Assembly: GCA_050950505.1 (NCBI GenBank)
Contig: JBMNHS010000001.1
Span: 704,001-768,000 of the forward strand
Reading direction: 5' to 3'
Length of the DNA: 64,000 bases
DNA from: Candidatus Methanomethylophilaceae archaeon
GTDB taxonomy: Archaea > Thermoplasmatota > Thermoplasmata > Methanomassiliicoccales > Methanomethylophilaceae
Under the pieces are notes generated by a model, which was not told the DNA's origin, did no database searches, and saw only the letters and a program-made list of their open reading frames with translations. Positions 42,903-52,827 of this stretch are shown one piece after another. Made by a program: the position numbers and the translations under genes. Numbering within the stretch: the first letter of the stretch is position 1; every line of letters starts with the position of its first letter.

Positions 42903-44096
42903 ATGAAAAATTACAACTGTGATATCGTAATAGTCGGCGCGGGTCCCGGCGGCAGCATGGCCGCAAAGTTCTGTGCTCAGGCCGGACTTGACACCATACT
43001 AATTGAAAAGAAAGCCGAAGTGGGATCGCCCTTGAGATGTGCCGAAGGCGTATCCAAGAAATGGCTGTCCGAAGTCGGCATCACCCTGGACAGATCCTGG
43101 GTTTCCGCAGACATGGTAGGGGCGATAATCAAATCCCCCGCAGGCCACGTGTTCAGGATGGACGGCCGTGAATCCGGTGAGGAAATCGGTTATGTTCTCG
43201 AAAGACATCTTTTCGACAAGGCTCTTGCCAGGGATGCCGCCGAAGCCGGTGCCAAAATCATGATGCGCACCGGATGCACCGGAGTCATCCGCGAAAACGG
43301 AAAACTCGTTGGAATCAAAGCCAAGAGCATGGGCGAACCCATTGAAATCCGCGCCAAGTGCGTGGTTGCGGCTGACGGTTACGAGTCCCAGGTCGCCAGA
43401 TGGGCGGGTGTGGACACCGTCGCCAAGATGGGCGACATCAACTCCTGCATACAGTACAGGATGACCAACATCGATGTGGAACAGGAATGGTGCGAATTCC
43501 TTCTTGGAAATGACATCGCCCCCGGCGGATATCTCTGGATTTTCCCCAAAGGCAACCGCTCCGCGAACGTAGGTATCGGTGTCAGAGGAAACCGCTGTGA
43601 CGTTCCCGCCGCCGCCAAGTATTACCTTGACAAATGGATCGACCAGGATGACAGGTTGAACAAGGGACAGATAGTCGAAGTCGCCAGCGGCATGGTTACC
43701 ACCTGCCCCGGATTGGATTCTGCGATTTACGATAATCTTGTTCTTGTAGGAGACGCCGCAAGGATCATCGACCCCATAACCGGCGGAGGAATATGTCATG
43801 CCTGCAGAACCGGAATGTATGCGGGCAAAGTACTTGCGGAATGCAACGAGAAGAACGACTTCTCCAAGGAAGCCCTCAAGCCTTACGAGAGGATGTGGCG
43901 CAACAGGATGGACGACAAACTCGTCCGCAACTGGATGGCCAAGGAGAAGATGAACGCCGTTGACGACGAAACCATGGACGAAATCATTGAGATTCTCAGC
44001 GATTACGAGATCGACCAGCTTGACGTCTTCGGAATTCTCAAGGCAATCAAGGACAAGTTCCCCCATCTCGTCGAAGAGTTCGCCGACTTGATCTGA
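42903..44096 (+). CDS. Geranylgeranyl reductase (DGGGPL reductase family)
   Basis: GAGPGG, RCAEG, ER..FDK.LA, PGGYLWIFPKG, LVGDAA..DPITGGGI. Confidence 0.92.
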   Translation: MKNYNCDIVIVGAGPGGSMAAKFCAQAGLDTILIEKKAEVGSPLRCAEGVSKKWLSEVGITLDRSWVSADMVGAIIKSPAGHVFRMDGRESGEEIGYVLERHLFDKALARDAAEAGAKIMMRTGCTGVIRENGKLVGIKAKSMGEPIEIRAKCVVAADGYESQVARWAGVDTVAKMGDINSCIQYRMTNIDVEQEWCEFLLGNDIAPGGYLWIFPKGNRSANVGIGVRGNRCDVPAAAKYYLDKWIDQDDRLNKGQIVEVASGMVTTCPGLDSAIYDNLVLVGDAARIIDPITGGGICHACRTGMYAGKVLAECNEKNDFSKEALKPYERMWRNRMDDKLVRNWMAKEKMNAVDDETMDEIIEILSDYEIDQLDVFGILKAIKDKFPHLVEEFADLI

Positions 44097-44104
44097 AATC
44101 ATTT

Positions 44105-44138
44105 ACCGGCCTCACGGCCGGTCAAAAAACATTTTTTA
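44105..44138. terminator. Bidirectional hairpin terminator between GGR and mvk
   Basis: ACCGGCC-TCAC-GGCCGGT followed by A- and T-tracts. Confidence 0.6.
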
Positions 44139-45068
44139 TTCTTCTAATTTTACCCCGGGAACTCCGGTGTTGACCGTTATGGGACGGCCGCCGTGCAAAA
44201 GAATGGATCTGCTTACCTTTTCCGGTTCGTCGGTCAAAGCGATCATACTGCCGCCTCCCCCCGCCCCCGTGAGTTTGGCGCCGTAGGAATATTCATTGGC
44301 GGCGTCGACGAGACGGTTCAGCTCAGGACAGGAAACTCCCAGTATGGACAGGAGTTTGTGATTTTCGGTCATGAGTTCCCCGAGTTCCGTTTTGTTGCCG
44401 GTGTTCAGAGCACCGATGCCTTCCAAAGTGACGGTACCGATTTCATCCACGATATCTTTGGCGAATCGGTTTCGGTCCCGGTATCTTCTGACCTTTTCAA
44501 CCAAAGGTCCGGTCAGAGCCCTTTTGCCGGTATATCCGATCACAAAAGTCATTTCCGGCGCATGGATGTCGCATACGTCCCATTTCTGACCTCTGTTCTC
44601 CACCGTCCACAACAGTTCATCCGCATCGGGAAGGTTCAGGCCTATGCCGCCTCCGTGGACCGAAACCGAAACATCCATCGGACTGCCGATGCCCTGGGCG
44701 TAATACTCCGCGGCGTAAGCTTCTCTCATGATTTCTTCCGAATCCAGGGATTTCCCCAACATGTGTCTGACGGCACAGGACAGGGAAGCGCACAGTGCGG
44801 CGGAAGATCCCAATCCCGCCCCGGAAGGCAGATTGCTTTCCGAGGACAGGTTTATGGCATCGATTCCGTGAATATCCAGTATGTGCTTCACGTGAGGATG
44901 TTTGTCGATATCGTCTTCTTCTCCGTTGACGATAAAAACGTCGCTTTCACTCACATTGCACCGGAAACGTCTGTCGATTGCCAAGGCAACGGCGGGTTTG
45001 CCGAAAACTACGGCGTGCTCCCCCAGTACAACAAATTTTCCCGGAGCCGATGCTGAGACCGTTTTCAT
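44136..45068 (-). CDS. mvk: Mevalonate kinase
   Basis: SAPGK..LGEHAVV, PSGAGLGSSAA, S.MD, AKLTGAGGGG. Confidence 0.93.
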   Translation of the reverse strand: MKTVSASAPGKFVVLGEHAVVFGKPAVALAIDRRFRCNVSESDVFIVNGEEDDIDKHPHVKHILDIHGIDAINLSSESNLPSGAGLGSSAALCASLSCAVRHMLGKSLDSEEIMREAYAAEYYAQGIGSPMDVSVSVHGGGIGLNLPDADELLWTVENRGQKWDVCDIHAPEMTFVIGYTGKRALTGPLVEKVRRYRDRNRFAKDIVDEIGTVTLEGIGALNTGNKTELGELMTENHKLLSILGVSCPELNRLVDAANEYSYGAKLTGAGGGGSMIALTDEPEKVSRSILLHGGRPITVNTGVPGVKLEE

Positions 45069-45580
45069 TCAAGCAGCCCGTATTTCTTCATGCTTTCGGC
45101 AATGGCATCGTTGGGATTCCTTTTGTTGAGAAGAGGCTGGGGTATCGACCACCATTCTTCTTCGAAGGCTTCCAGAGCCAGTTCGTACTGTTCGTTGTTT
45201 TCAAACTTCTTGGGGTCAACGGACAGTATGGCCTTTCTCTGTTCTTTGAAAAGATCCACGCCGTATTTCTGATTGGTCAGTGCGACGCCCAGATAACTGT
45301 CCAAGGCGTAAGTCATCTCCTCCGCAATCTCGTTGGGAGAACATTCCATTATGATGTCGAGAACGGAGTTGATTGCCATTTTGAATATGAATCTCATCCT
45401 CCCTTCTTCGGGGATGTTTTCATTTTTCACGACGTTTTCCATTTCTTCGAAAATCAAATCGCTCAAAGCCGATACTCTTCGCGGATTTTTTCCGAACAGT
45501 TGCTTGAACAGTCTTTCTTCTTCGGAAAGTTCCTCATCGTCACCGAACAATGAGGCATTCGGATCGTAATCGTTTTTCAT
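45065..45580 (-). CDS. Hypothetical acidic protein
   Basis: 171-aa ORF coupled by ATGA overlaps on both sides; C-terminal WWSIPQPLLNKRNP. Confidence 0.75.
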   Translation of the reverse strand: MKNDYDPNASLFGDDEELSEEERLFKQLFGKNPRRVSALSDLIFEEMENVVKNENIPEEGRMRFIFKMAINSVLDIIMECSPNEIAEEMTYALDSYLGVALTNQKYGVDLFKEQRKAILSVDPKKFENNEQYELALEAFEEEWWSIPQPLLNKRNPNDAIAESMKKYGLLE

Positions 45581-46704
45581 TTTCTCAGCTCCTTAACGGT
45601 ACGTTCGAGTATATCCATTCCCGCCGATATCTTCTTCTCGTCGGCGGCATATGAAAATCTGAGGTGACCCTCCCCGAATTCACCGAAAGCGGATCCCGGG
45701 GTGCATATCAACCCGTTCCGGGCCAAAGTATTGGCCAACTCCTGTGACGGAAGGTCCATGTCGAAAGACGGGAATGCGTAGAATGCTCCGCGGGGGGGAA
45801 TAAGGCTCATCCCGTCTATTTCGTTGATTCTTGAGGAAATCAGGTCTCTCCGTCCCTTGAACACTTTGCGTGCGTTTTCCAGATAAGGTTCTATTCCGGG
45901 AAGTGCCGCCAACACTCCGTACTGGGAAGGCATTGCGGGACTGGCACAGACGTGATATTGCATTTTTATCAGGTCTTCCATGTTTTCTTCGCCGGCGCAT
46001 ATGAACCCCAGTCTCCATCCCGTGACGGCCATCATTTTTGAAAACCCGTTGACGACGAAGGCACGGTCCAATCTGTTCATGAACGAATGGTGAACCCCTT
46101 CGTAAACGAAAGGGTCGTAGACTTCATCGGACAGTATATACAGATCCCGGTCGTCCGCCAGATCGATCAGGGCTTTGTAGGATTCTTCGGACAGCACGCC
46201 TCCCGTGGGATTGGAGGGGTTGTTCACAACGATCATACGGGTGTCCTTGGTGATTTTTCCGGCAATATCGTCAATATCCGGTTGAAAATCCCCCTCCGTC
46301 AATCTGTATTCGGTATAGTTTGCCCCTGCCAGTTTTGAATGGGGTCCGTAAATGACGAACCCCGGGCCGGGAACCAACACGTTATCCCCCGGATTCAGAT
46401 AAGACATCATAATCTCCAGAAGGGCGGTGGAACCGCTGGGAGTGATCATTATGTTGTTGCCGGTCATTTTTCCGTATTTGCCGTAACGTTCGGCAACGGC
46501 GTTCCTGAGTTCCGGGATTCCTGCCGTGGGGCCGTATTTGTTGAGTCCTTCGGAGGCGGCTCTGTTCATACCCTCTATCGCCGCGGCGGGAGGGCTCAAA
46601 TCAGGCTCGCCCAAACCCAGGTTAATTGAATCCGGACCGGCCAAATCAAACATCTTCCTGATACCCGACATGGGTATGGAAGACAATCTGTCAGACACTT
46701 TCAT
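45577..46704 (-). CDS. PLP-dependent class I/II aminotransferase
   Basis: LGLGEPD, NNPSNPTG, LSDEVY, NGFSKMMAVTGWRLG, GAFY. Confidence 0.93.
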   Translation of the reverse strand: MKVSDRLSSIPMSGIRKMFDLAGPDSINLGLGEPDLSPPAAAIEGMNRAASEGLNKYGPTAGIPELRNAVAERYGKYGKMTGNNIMITPSGSTALLEIMMSYLNPGDNVLVPGPGFVIYGPHSKLAGANYTEYRLTEGDFQPDIDDIAGKITKDTRMIVVNNPSNPTGGVLSEESYKALIDLADDRDLYILSDEVYDPFVYEGVHHSFMNRLDRAFVVNGFSKMMAVTGWRLGFICAGEENMEDLIKMQYHVCASPAMPSQYGVLAALPGIEPYLENARKVFKGRRDLISSRINEIDGMSLIPPRGAFYAFPSFDMDLPSQELANTLARNGLICTPGSAFGEFGEGHLRFSYAADEKKISAGMDILERTVKELRK

Positions 46705-46783
46705 GAGCTGTAATCGTGGGTTAAGTCTATATTATTTTAGTTGTCGGTATCTGTTTATATCCAAAATTCCATCTGGACGGCCG

Positions 46784-46990
46784 ATGAGGGATGATAAAAC
46801 GGTTCTGTGGGCGTTGGTAAACATCGCAGGTCTCGCAATCACGATAATCGGGATGTTCGGCGTTGTGGAATTATTGGATTTCGGGTATGCCATTTATGTT
46901 TTTGTCGCAGGCACCGTCGTAACCCTCGCATCGATGTCGGTCATCCTGAGGAGTGCTTACCGAACAGACGGAAACGGAGGCGGAAGATGA
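46784..46990 (+). CDS. Small two-TM membrane protein (68 aa)
   Basis: TTTATAT box about 30 nt upstream, two hydrophobic helices, ATGA overlap with the HD gene. Confidence 0.65.
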   Translation: MRDDKTVLWALVNIAGLAITIIGMFGVVELLDFGYAIYVFVAGTVVTLASMSVILRSAYRTDGNGGGR

Positions 46991-48132
46991 AGAAAAATCT
47001 CAATTCCGAAATGCTTTATTTCATGTTCGAATCAGCGAATATGCACAGATGGAACGATCACCTGAGACCGTTGAATCTTACCGAACAGGACAAACAGGCC
47101 CACAAAGCCGCCGTCATATGGGTTCTGGGAAAATATGATGAAGACGACGGGAACGAAATCGATTGGAAAACCATGATCGAACATTCGGTTTTCGAATTCA
47201 TCAGCAGGATGGTGCTGACGGACCTGAAGCCCCAGCTGTATCACCAGATAATGTCAGATAATTCCGAACAGGCAAACAAGTACGTATTCAACGAATTCAA
47301 ACGCAGAGTCCCCAACATGAATCCGGAGTTCTGCGATCGTCTTAAGGCATACCTGCAGTCCGGGGAGGCTTCCCGCGAGGACTGTATCGTCGAAGCCGCC
47401 CATTATCTTGCGACCAAATGGGAATTTGACGTAATTTACAAAACCAACACGGGAATGTTCAACATCGAAGAGACCAAGGACAACATAGACGGTGAGGTAT
47501 CGAAGCACCTCGGTCTGCAGGGTGTCGTGAAAGCACTTACCGATAAAGGCACCAAAAATTTCATAGACAAATTCGGACAGCTGAGGTTCCAGCAAAGATG
47601 GACAAGAACGCCGAGAATACCCCAAACCACGGTGCTCGGACATTCCTTAATGGTTGCCAATGCAATCTTTCTTCACAATCTGGATGTCGGGGCTTCCGAT
47701 GAACAGATTTACAACGACTATTACGCCGCACTTTTCCACGACCTCCCCGAAGTTTTGACCAAAGACGTCATATCCCCGGTAAAAATCAATGTGGAAGGTT
47801 TGGCGGACATGTTGGGGGAAATAGAGAAAAAACTGATGGAGTCCGAAATACTGCCGTTGCTTCCCGAATCTTGGCGGGATGAAATGGAATTCATGTTCAA
47901 CGATCCCTTCGGCAACGTGGACAATCCGAGATTCGGAAAACGCCGCGGAAGCGCGATAAAGTCCTGTGACTTGCTGTGTGCTTATGTCGAAGCTTATGTT
48001 TCGATATGCTACGGAATATCTCCTCATTCTTTAAAAGAAGGCGCGGAAGACCTCCGGGCGAAACTCAAAGAGACCGGCAGCGACATAAACGCCGCCGAAC
48101 TCATAAAAAGTTTCGAGGAACTGAAGATTTAA
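46987..48132 (+). CDS. Tandem HD-domain (YfbR-like) phosphohydrolase
   Basis: ANMHRWND..EQDKQAHK in the N-half; LRFQQRW..TVLGHS..LFHDLPE.LT.D.ISPVK..D in the C-half. Confidence 0.85.
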   Translation: MKKNLNSEMLYFMFESANMHRWNDHLRPLNLTEQDKQAHKAAVIWVLGKYDEDDGNEIDWKTMIEHSVFEFISRMVLTDLKPQLYHQIMSDNSEQANKYVFNEFKRRVPNMNPEFCDRLKAYLQSGEASREDCIVEAAHYLATKWEFDVIYKTNTGMFNIEETKDNIDGEVSKHLGLQGVVKALTDKGTKNFIDKFGQLRFQQRWTRTPRIPQTTVLGHSLMVANAIFLHNLDVGASDEQIYNDYYAALFHDLPEVLTKDVISPVKINVEGLADMLGEIEKKLMESEILPLLPESWRDEMEFMFNDPFGNVDNPRFGKRRGSAIKSCDLLCAYVEAYVSICYGISPHSLKEGAEDLRAKLKETGSDINAAELIKSFEELKI

Positions 48133-49394
48133 CCTATGCGTTCCTGTCCGCCCATGTAAGGCCTGAGCACTTCGGGTATCGTAACGGAACCGTCCTCGTT
48201 CTGGTAATTTTCCAGTATGGCGACCATGGTTCTGGGCAGTGCCAGTCCCGATCCGTTCAGGGTGTGCACGAATTCACTTTTCAGGTGAGGTTCAGGTCTG
48301 TATTTCACCATGGTTCTGCGGGCCTGGAAATCCGTGAAGTTTGAACAGGAAGAAGCTTCCAACCAAGCGTCCTTTGCAGGGGCGTGGAGTTCCAGATCGT
48401 AGCATTTGCTGCAGGAGAAACTCATGTCTCCGGTACACAGCAACAGAACACGGTAAGGCAACCCGAGAGCCTGTATGAGTTCCTCGGCGTCATTCCTGAG
48501 AACTTCCAGCACGTCGTAGGAGGTTTCGGGAAGAACGAATCTCACCATTTCCACTTTGTTGAATTCGTGGACTCTGATGATTCCTTTGGTATCCGCATGT
48601 TTTCCGACTTCCCTTCTGAAAGAAGGGAGGTACGCGGAATAATGTATCGGCAAATCTTCCTTTGCCAATATTTCATCCCTGTGAAGGTTGGTTATGGGAA
48701 CTTCGGCGGTGGGGTTGAGATACAAATCATCCTTTTCGATGAAGTACATGTCTTCTTTGAGATTCGGATACTGGCCGGTTCCCGTGACCGAAGCGGTGTT
48801 GACGACGACGGGAGGGAAGACTTCGGTGTATCCCTGTCTGTTATGAACGTCAAGGAAGAAGTTGATCAAAGCCCTTTCCAATCTGGCACCGTCCCCTTTG
48901 AGACAATAGAATCCGCTTCCGGCGACTTTGGCGCCTCTTTCGAAATCAAGTATATCCAAATTCTCACCGATTTCCCAGTGTTCTTTGGGGGTGAAATCAA
49001 ACGTTCTTTTTTCTCCCCATTCGTAAACCACCGCATTTTCGGTGGAATCCTTTCCGATGGGAACGCTCCCGTGAGGGATGTTGGGTATGTTCAGAACACA
49101 GTCTTCGCGGATAATTTCCAACTCGGCCATTCTGGCGTCGTTGTTCTTTATGCGGTCCGCCGTTTCTTTCATTTCAACGATTGCCGCGTCTTTGCCGGCG
49201 CCTTTTGGCATTTTCGCTATTTCAGCGGAAACTCTGTTACGGACCTTTCTGAGTTCGTTGTTTTCGCCGGTGAGATTTCTCCATTCCGTGTCGGCCTCGA
49301 GGAAACGGTCCAGAATTTCCGGATCAACGTTCCTGTTGACCAACATGGTCCTTATCATTTCGGGTTCGGATCTGATTATGTTGACATCCAACAT
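48129..49394 (-). CDS. serS: Serine--tRNA ligase (canonical bacterial-like type)
   Basis: PNIPH.SVP.G, PTAEVP, FRREVG, RVHEFNKVE, EASSCSNFTDFQARR, HTLNGSGLA. Confidence 0.97.
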   Translation of the reverse strand: MLDVNIIRSEPEMIRTMLVNRNVDPEILDRFLEADTEWRNLTGENNELRKVRNRVSAEIAKMPKGAGKDAAIVEMKETADRIKNNDARMAELEIIREDCVLNIPNIPHGSVPIGKDSTENAVVYEWGEKRTFDFTPKEHWEIGENLDILDFERGAKVAGSGFYCLKGDGARLERALINFFLDVHNRQGYTEVFPPVVVNTASVTGTGQYPNLKEDMYFIEKDDLYLNPTAEVPITNLHRDEILAKEDLPIHYSAYLPSFRREVGKHADTKGIIRVHEFNKVEMVRFVLPETSYDVLEVLRNDAEELIQALGLPYRVLLLCTGDMSFSCSKCYDLELHAPAKDAWLEASSCSNFTDFQARRTMVKYRPEPHLKSEFVHTLNGSGLALPRTMVAILENYQNEDGSVTIPEVLRPYMGGQERIG

Positions 49395-49403
49395 TCTATC
49401 GCC

Positions 49404-49697
49404 TCAGAACTTTTTCTGGCAAAGAGAAGTCCAGGTTCTGTTGTCGGTCAATACCACGACGTTGCCCCGTACGTCCACGACGACGGAATCCGTGGATTCG
49501 GCTATCTCGTCAGCCACATCCGAGGTTATTCTTTCCGCATTGGGCAGGACACGGATCTTCAGCAATCTGTTCTTCTTCAACTGGTTGGTCACTTCGTTCA
49601 ACAGACCTTCGTCAATGCCGTCCTTGCCCACGTGCACCGTGGGGGATAGGTCATTGGCGCGTCTCATGAGCTCCTTTTTGGCGTGTTTCTCGGTCAT
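49404..49697 (-). CDS. YhbY/CRM RNA-binding protein
   Basis: L.PTVHVGKDGI, LLKIRVL, VRGNVVVL. Confidence 0.88.
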   Translation of the reverse strand: MTEKHAKKELMRRANDLSPTVHVGKDGIDEGLLNEVTNQLKKNRLLKIRVLPNAERITSDVADEIAESTDSVVVDVRGNVVVLTDNRTWTSLCQKKF

Positions 49698-50013
49698 GTT
49701 TTTGTTCCTTGATATATGGCTGACGCCTTACGACGCCGCATTCGGCACAGGTCATGCTGACTTTGCCGTTATTCAGTCTGACGGTGCAGTTGACGCCCGG
49801 TACCAGAGGGACCAGGCATCGGTCGCAGTACACATACGTCCCCGGTATCCCCGTACGGGTTTTCATACCTATCTTTCGGGCCAAATCCACATAGCGTCTG
49901 GCTCTGTCGGGTTTACCCTCTTTGACGGCATCGACGGCCATGGAGGTCAGCTTTGTTATGCGCTGAGTTCCGATGTCCGCTGCCTGTCTGGAAGATATGC
50001 GTCTCCTGGACAT
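49651..50013 (-). CDS. rnp4: RNase P protein Rpp21
   Basis: ARRYV.LARKI, YCDRC..L.PG..C..R...CAECG..RR.P. Confidence 0.9.
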   Translation of the reverse strand: MSRRRISSRQAADIGTQRITKLTSMAVDAVKEGKPDRARRYVDLARKIGMKTRTGIPGTYVYCDRCLVPLVPGVNCTVRLNNGKVSMTCAECGVVRRQPYIKEQKHDRETRQKGAHETRQ

Positions 50014-50059
50014 TGGTTCATCACATTAAGAGGATGATATAAACATTGGTATCCGGACC

Positions 50060-51064
50060 TCAGAACGGAACCATGGACAGAAGATATTCTTTCAGTTCCG
50101 TCTCTTCTTCGCTGAGTTCTTCCTTTTCTCCTTCGACATAAGTCTCCCAGAGGAAAACGAAATATTCGTGGAAATCGGAAACCGTCTTGTTCCATTCGCT
50201 TCCCGAGGACGATATTCCCAAAAATTCGTTGTTCAGGGTCCATTTGCCGGAAGTTCTGTCAAATGTGATTTCGGCAGTCAGAGGATTCAGCAAAACAATG
50301 TCTCTTTCAGGCGTAATCATCCTGTTGAAAACAATACCGGGAAATTCCTCTCCCCCGCAAAGGTTCCTGACCTCCGCGATATCCCCCTCGTCATTCATGA
50401 CGGCCAATCCGGAAATCAGACAGGAGTTCTTCCCCGAGAGATTTTCCGCATTCTTTCTGTCGAATTCCTTCCACAGGGTTATATCGTAAGTTTTCGCGCC
50501 GGTGTTCAGTTTGTAACCTTTCCGTCCTTTGCCGTCGGCGCTTTTATCGATTACCCCCGCCAAAGCGCAGGTGAACTTTTTCACGTCGGCTTCGGAGCTC
50601 TTTCTGAATCTCTCCGCATCGGCGTTTAGGAAATCTTTGAGGTTCTTTCCCCTGCCGTAGCTGAACCTGTCACCGTCCAGTTCGTCACACAGAGCCATGA
50701 GTTCTTTTGCAATCGCCACTCTGTAACGGGGGTCGGTGTACGTGCTTGAGAGCCAGTTGTCCACCATTCCCGTACCTGCAATGTCGAGGGTGTTTTCCAG
50801 CCAAACGAGAGCGGTTTCGAGAACGGTATCCCGGTTCTCTCTTTCTTTCGGTTCGGAACTCAGACAGAATTTGGATCTGAAGGCATCGGGTGAAGATCCC
50901 TGGAAGCCCATTTCGGCGGTTACGATGTACATGCCGACATGTTCCAGCAGATTTTGGACGTGTTCCATTATCTTTTCTTTTTTGATTTCGGAAAGTTCTC
51001 TCCCGTTGACGGGGACAACGTTGAATTTCAGAGTATCCATGAACGGAGACGGATTGACCTTCAT
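50060..51064 (-). CDS. Hypothetical protein with a possible HicB-like C-terminal module
   Basis: Long ORF filling the gap; C-terminal LGISSSG..W...F.EYF.FLWETY. Start uncertain (51064 or 51040). Confidence 0.65.
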   Translation of the reverse strand: MKVNPSPFMDTLKFNVVPVNGRELSEIKKEKIMEHVQNLLEHVGMYIVTAEMGFQGSSPDAFRSKFCLSSEPKERENRDTVLETALVWLENTLDIAGTGMVDNWLSSTYTDPRYRVAIAKELMALCDELDGDRFSYGRGKNLKDFLNADAERFRKSSEADVKKFTCALAGVIDKSADGKGRKGYKLNTGAKTYDITLWKEFDRKNAENLSGKNSCLISGLAVMNDEGDIAEVRNLCGGEEFPGIVFNRMITPERDIVLLNPLTAEITFDRTSGKWTLNNEFLGISSSGSEWNKTVSDFHEYFVFLWETYVEGEKEELSEEETELKEYLLSMVPF

Positions 51065-51271
51065 ATTTTTAACATGATTCCCGGCAACCCTCGAAAAAAT
51101 CGGAAAAATCATGAAAAACATACCGTCGGGAGCGGTAAATTATATAGCAGACCCCTACTTCATGATTATCGGTGGACACACCGTCCGGACGGTTTCCCTA
51201 TTATATCAAGGGACAGCTCTTAAATATAAAATCAGGAATGTGTGCCCGTTACAATTCATCAGGTGTTGCAG

Positions 51272-51787
51272 ATGGCAAGAAAACCCGCATCAATGTACAG
51301 AGAAGTTAAAGGTCAGGCGAACACACGCCGCGAATACGTCGGGGGAGTACCCTACAGCAGACTCGTTCAGTTCGAAATGGGCGACCGCAGGGGAGAATTC
51401 CCCATCAAACTGTCCCTCAGAGTGACGAACAGAGTCCAGATCAGGCACACAGCTTTGGAAGCCGGCCGTATCGCAGCCAACAGAGTTCTCAGCAGAGCGG
51501 GACCCACATCTTACCACCTTACCGTGAGGGCATACCCTCACATTGTTCTCAGAGAGAACAAATTGGCAACCGGTGCGGGTGCCGACCGTGTTTCCAGCGG
51601 AATGCGCAACTCCTTCGGTAAAAACGTCGGAGTCGCCGCGAGGTTGAAACACAACCAGGCCGTATACACCGTACGCTGCAATCCCTCCGTCTTCAAAGCG
51701 GCAAAGGATGCACTCTGGAGAGCATCCATGAAACTGCCCTCCCCGTGCTACATTGACGTGGAAGAAGGCATGGAATTCGCCAAGTGA
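51272..51787 (+). CDS. rpl10e: 50S ribosomal protein uL16 (L10e)
   Basis: MARKPA.MYR, QIRHTALEAGR, YPHIVLRENK..GAGADRVS.GMR.SFGK. Confidence 0.96.
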   Translation: MARKPASMYREVKGQANTRREYVGGVPYSRLVQFEMGDRRGEFPIKLSLRVTNRVQIRHTALEAGRIAANRVLSRAGPTSYHLTVRAYPHIVLRENKLATGAGADRVSSGMRNSFGKNVGVAARLKHNQAVYTVRCNPSVFKAAKDALWRASMKLPSPCYIDVEEGMEFAK

Positions 51788-52773
51788 TGTTCGATCTGGA
51801 GTTGGAACGGACCGCCGGTTGGATTTCTTCCAACGGCTATTCCAAAGTCGCCGTTCAACTGCCCGAAGGATTGAAACTCAGGGCGACGGAAATTTCCGAC
51901 GCCCTGAAGGCATCCACCGGTTCCGAAATCATCATTCTCGGCAGACCTTGCTACGGTGCATGCGATTTTTACAAAGATTACAAATCGGTGGCGGACGCCC
52001 TTGTTCATTACGGCCATTCCGCCATGCCGTCTCTCGGGGAAGACCCCGATATTCTTTTCATTGAAGCCAGGGCAAAAGTGTCATTGAATGAATCCTTCGT
52101 TGATTCATTGGACAGACTTCCCGCAAAAGTGGGGATTCTCGCATCGATTCAGTACATCGGACTGATTCCGGAAGCGACACGTCTCATAGAGGCGACCGGA
52201 AGGACGGTTTCTGTGGGGGAGGGAGACAATCGGATAATGTATCCCGGACAGATTCTGGGGTGCGACTGCAGTGCCGCCGAAGCCGTCGCGGATTCCGTGG
52301 ATGCGTTCCTGTTCCTGGGAGAAGGAAACTTTCACCCTTTGGCCACCGCATTCGGCGCGGACCGGGAACTTTTCGTTTACAATCCCGTCATCGGCGAAAT
52401 GAAAAACATCGATGACATCAAAGACAGGATTCTAAGAAAGCGGTTTGCGGCAATCACTTTGGCCTCCGAGGCAGAGAGCTTTACGATAATCCTCTGCAAC
52501 AAAGCGGGTCAGAACAGGTCTTCCGAAGCCGAAAGGATGAAAGATCTTATCCGGAAAGCGGGAAAGAAGGCATACATTCTGATTCTGGACGAAGTGACCC
52601 CCGATTCACTGATTCATTACAGAACGGACGCGTTTGTGAACACCGCCTGCCCCCGCATAGCGATGGACGAATCCGCAAGATTCGGAAAGCCCATGCTGAC
52701 AATACCTGAAACCGAGATAGTTTTCGGCCTCCGGGACTGGTCCGATTATGTGTTTGACGCCATCCGCGAATGA
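51784..52773 (+). CDS. dph2: Diphthamide synthesis protein Dph2
   Basis: VQLPEGLK, PCYGACD, HYGH, GQILGC, G.FHP, NTACPRI. Confidence 0.93.
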   Translation: MMFDLELERTAGWISSNGYSKVAVQLPEGLKLRATEISDALKASTGSEIIILGRPCYGACDFYKDYKSVADALVHYGHSAMPSLGEDPDILFIEARAKVSLNESFVDSLDRLPAKVGILASIQYIGLIPEATRLIEATGRTVSVGEGDNRIMYPGQILGCDCSAAEAVADSVDAFLFLGEGNFHPLATAFGADRELFVYNPVIGEMKNIDDIKDRILRKRFAAITLASEAESFTIILCNKAGQNRSSEAERMKDLIRKAGKKAYILILDEVTPDSLIHYRTDAFVNTACPRIAMDESARFGKPMLTIPETEIVFGLRDWSDYVFDAIRE

Positions 52774-52827
52774 TTGATTTTTCTTGTTTCCCGACTTCTT
52801 AAATAATCCGTCAGGTTATGGAAGGTC

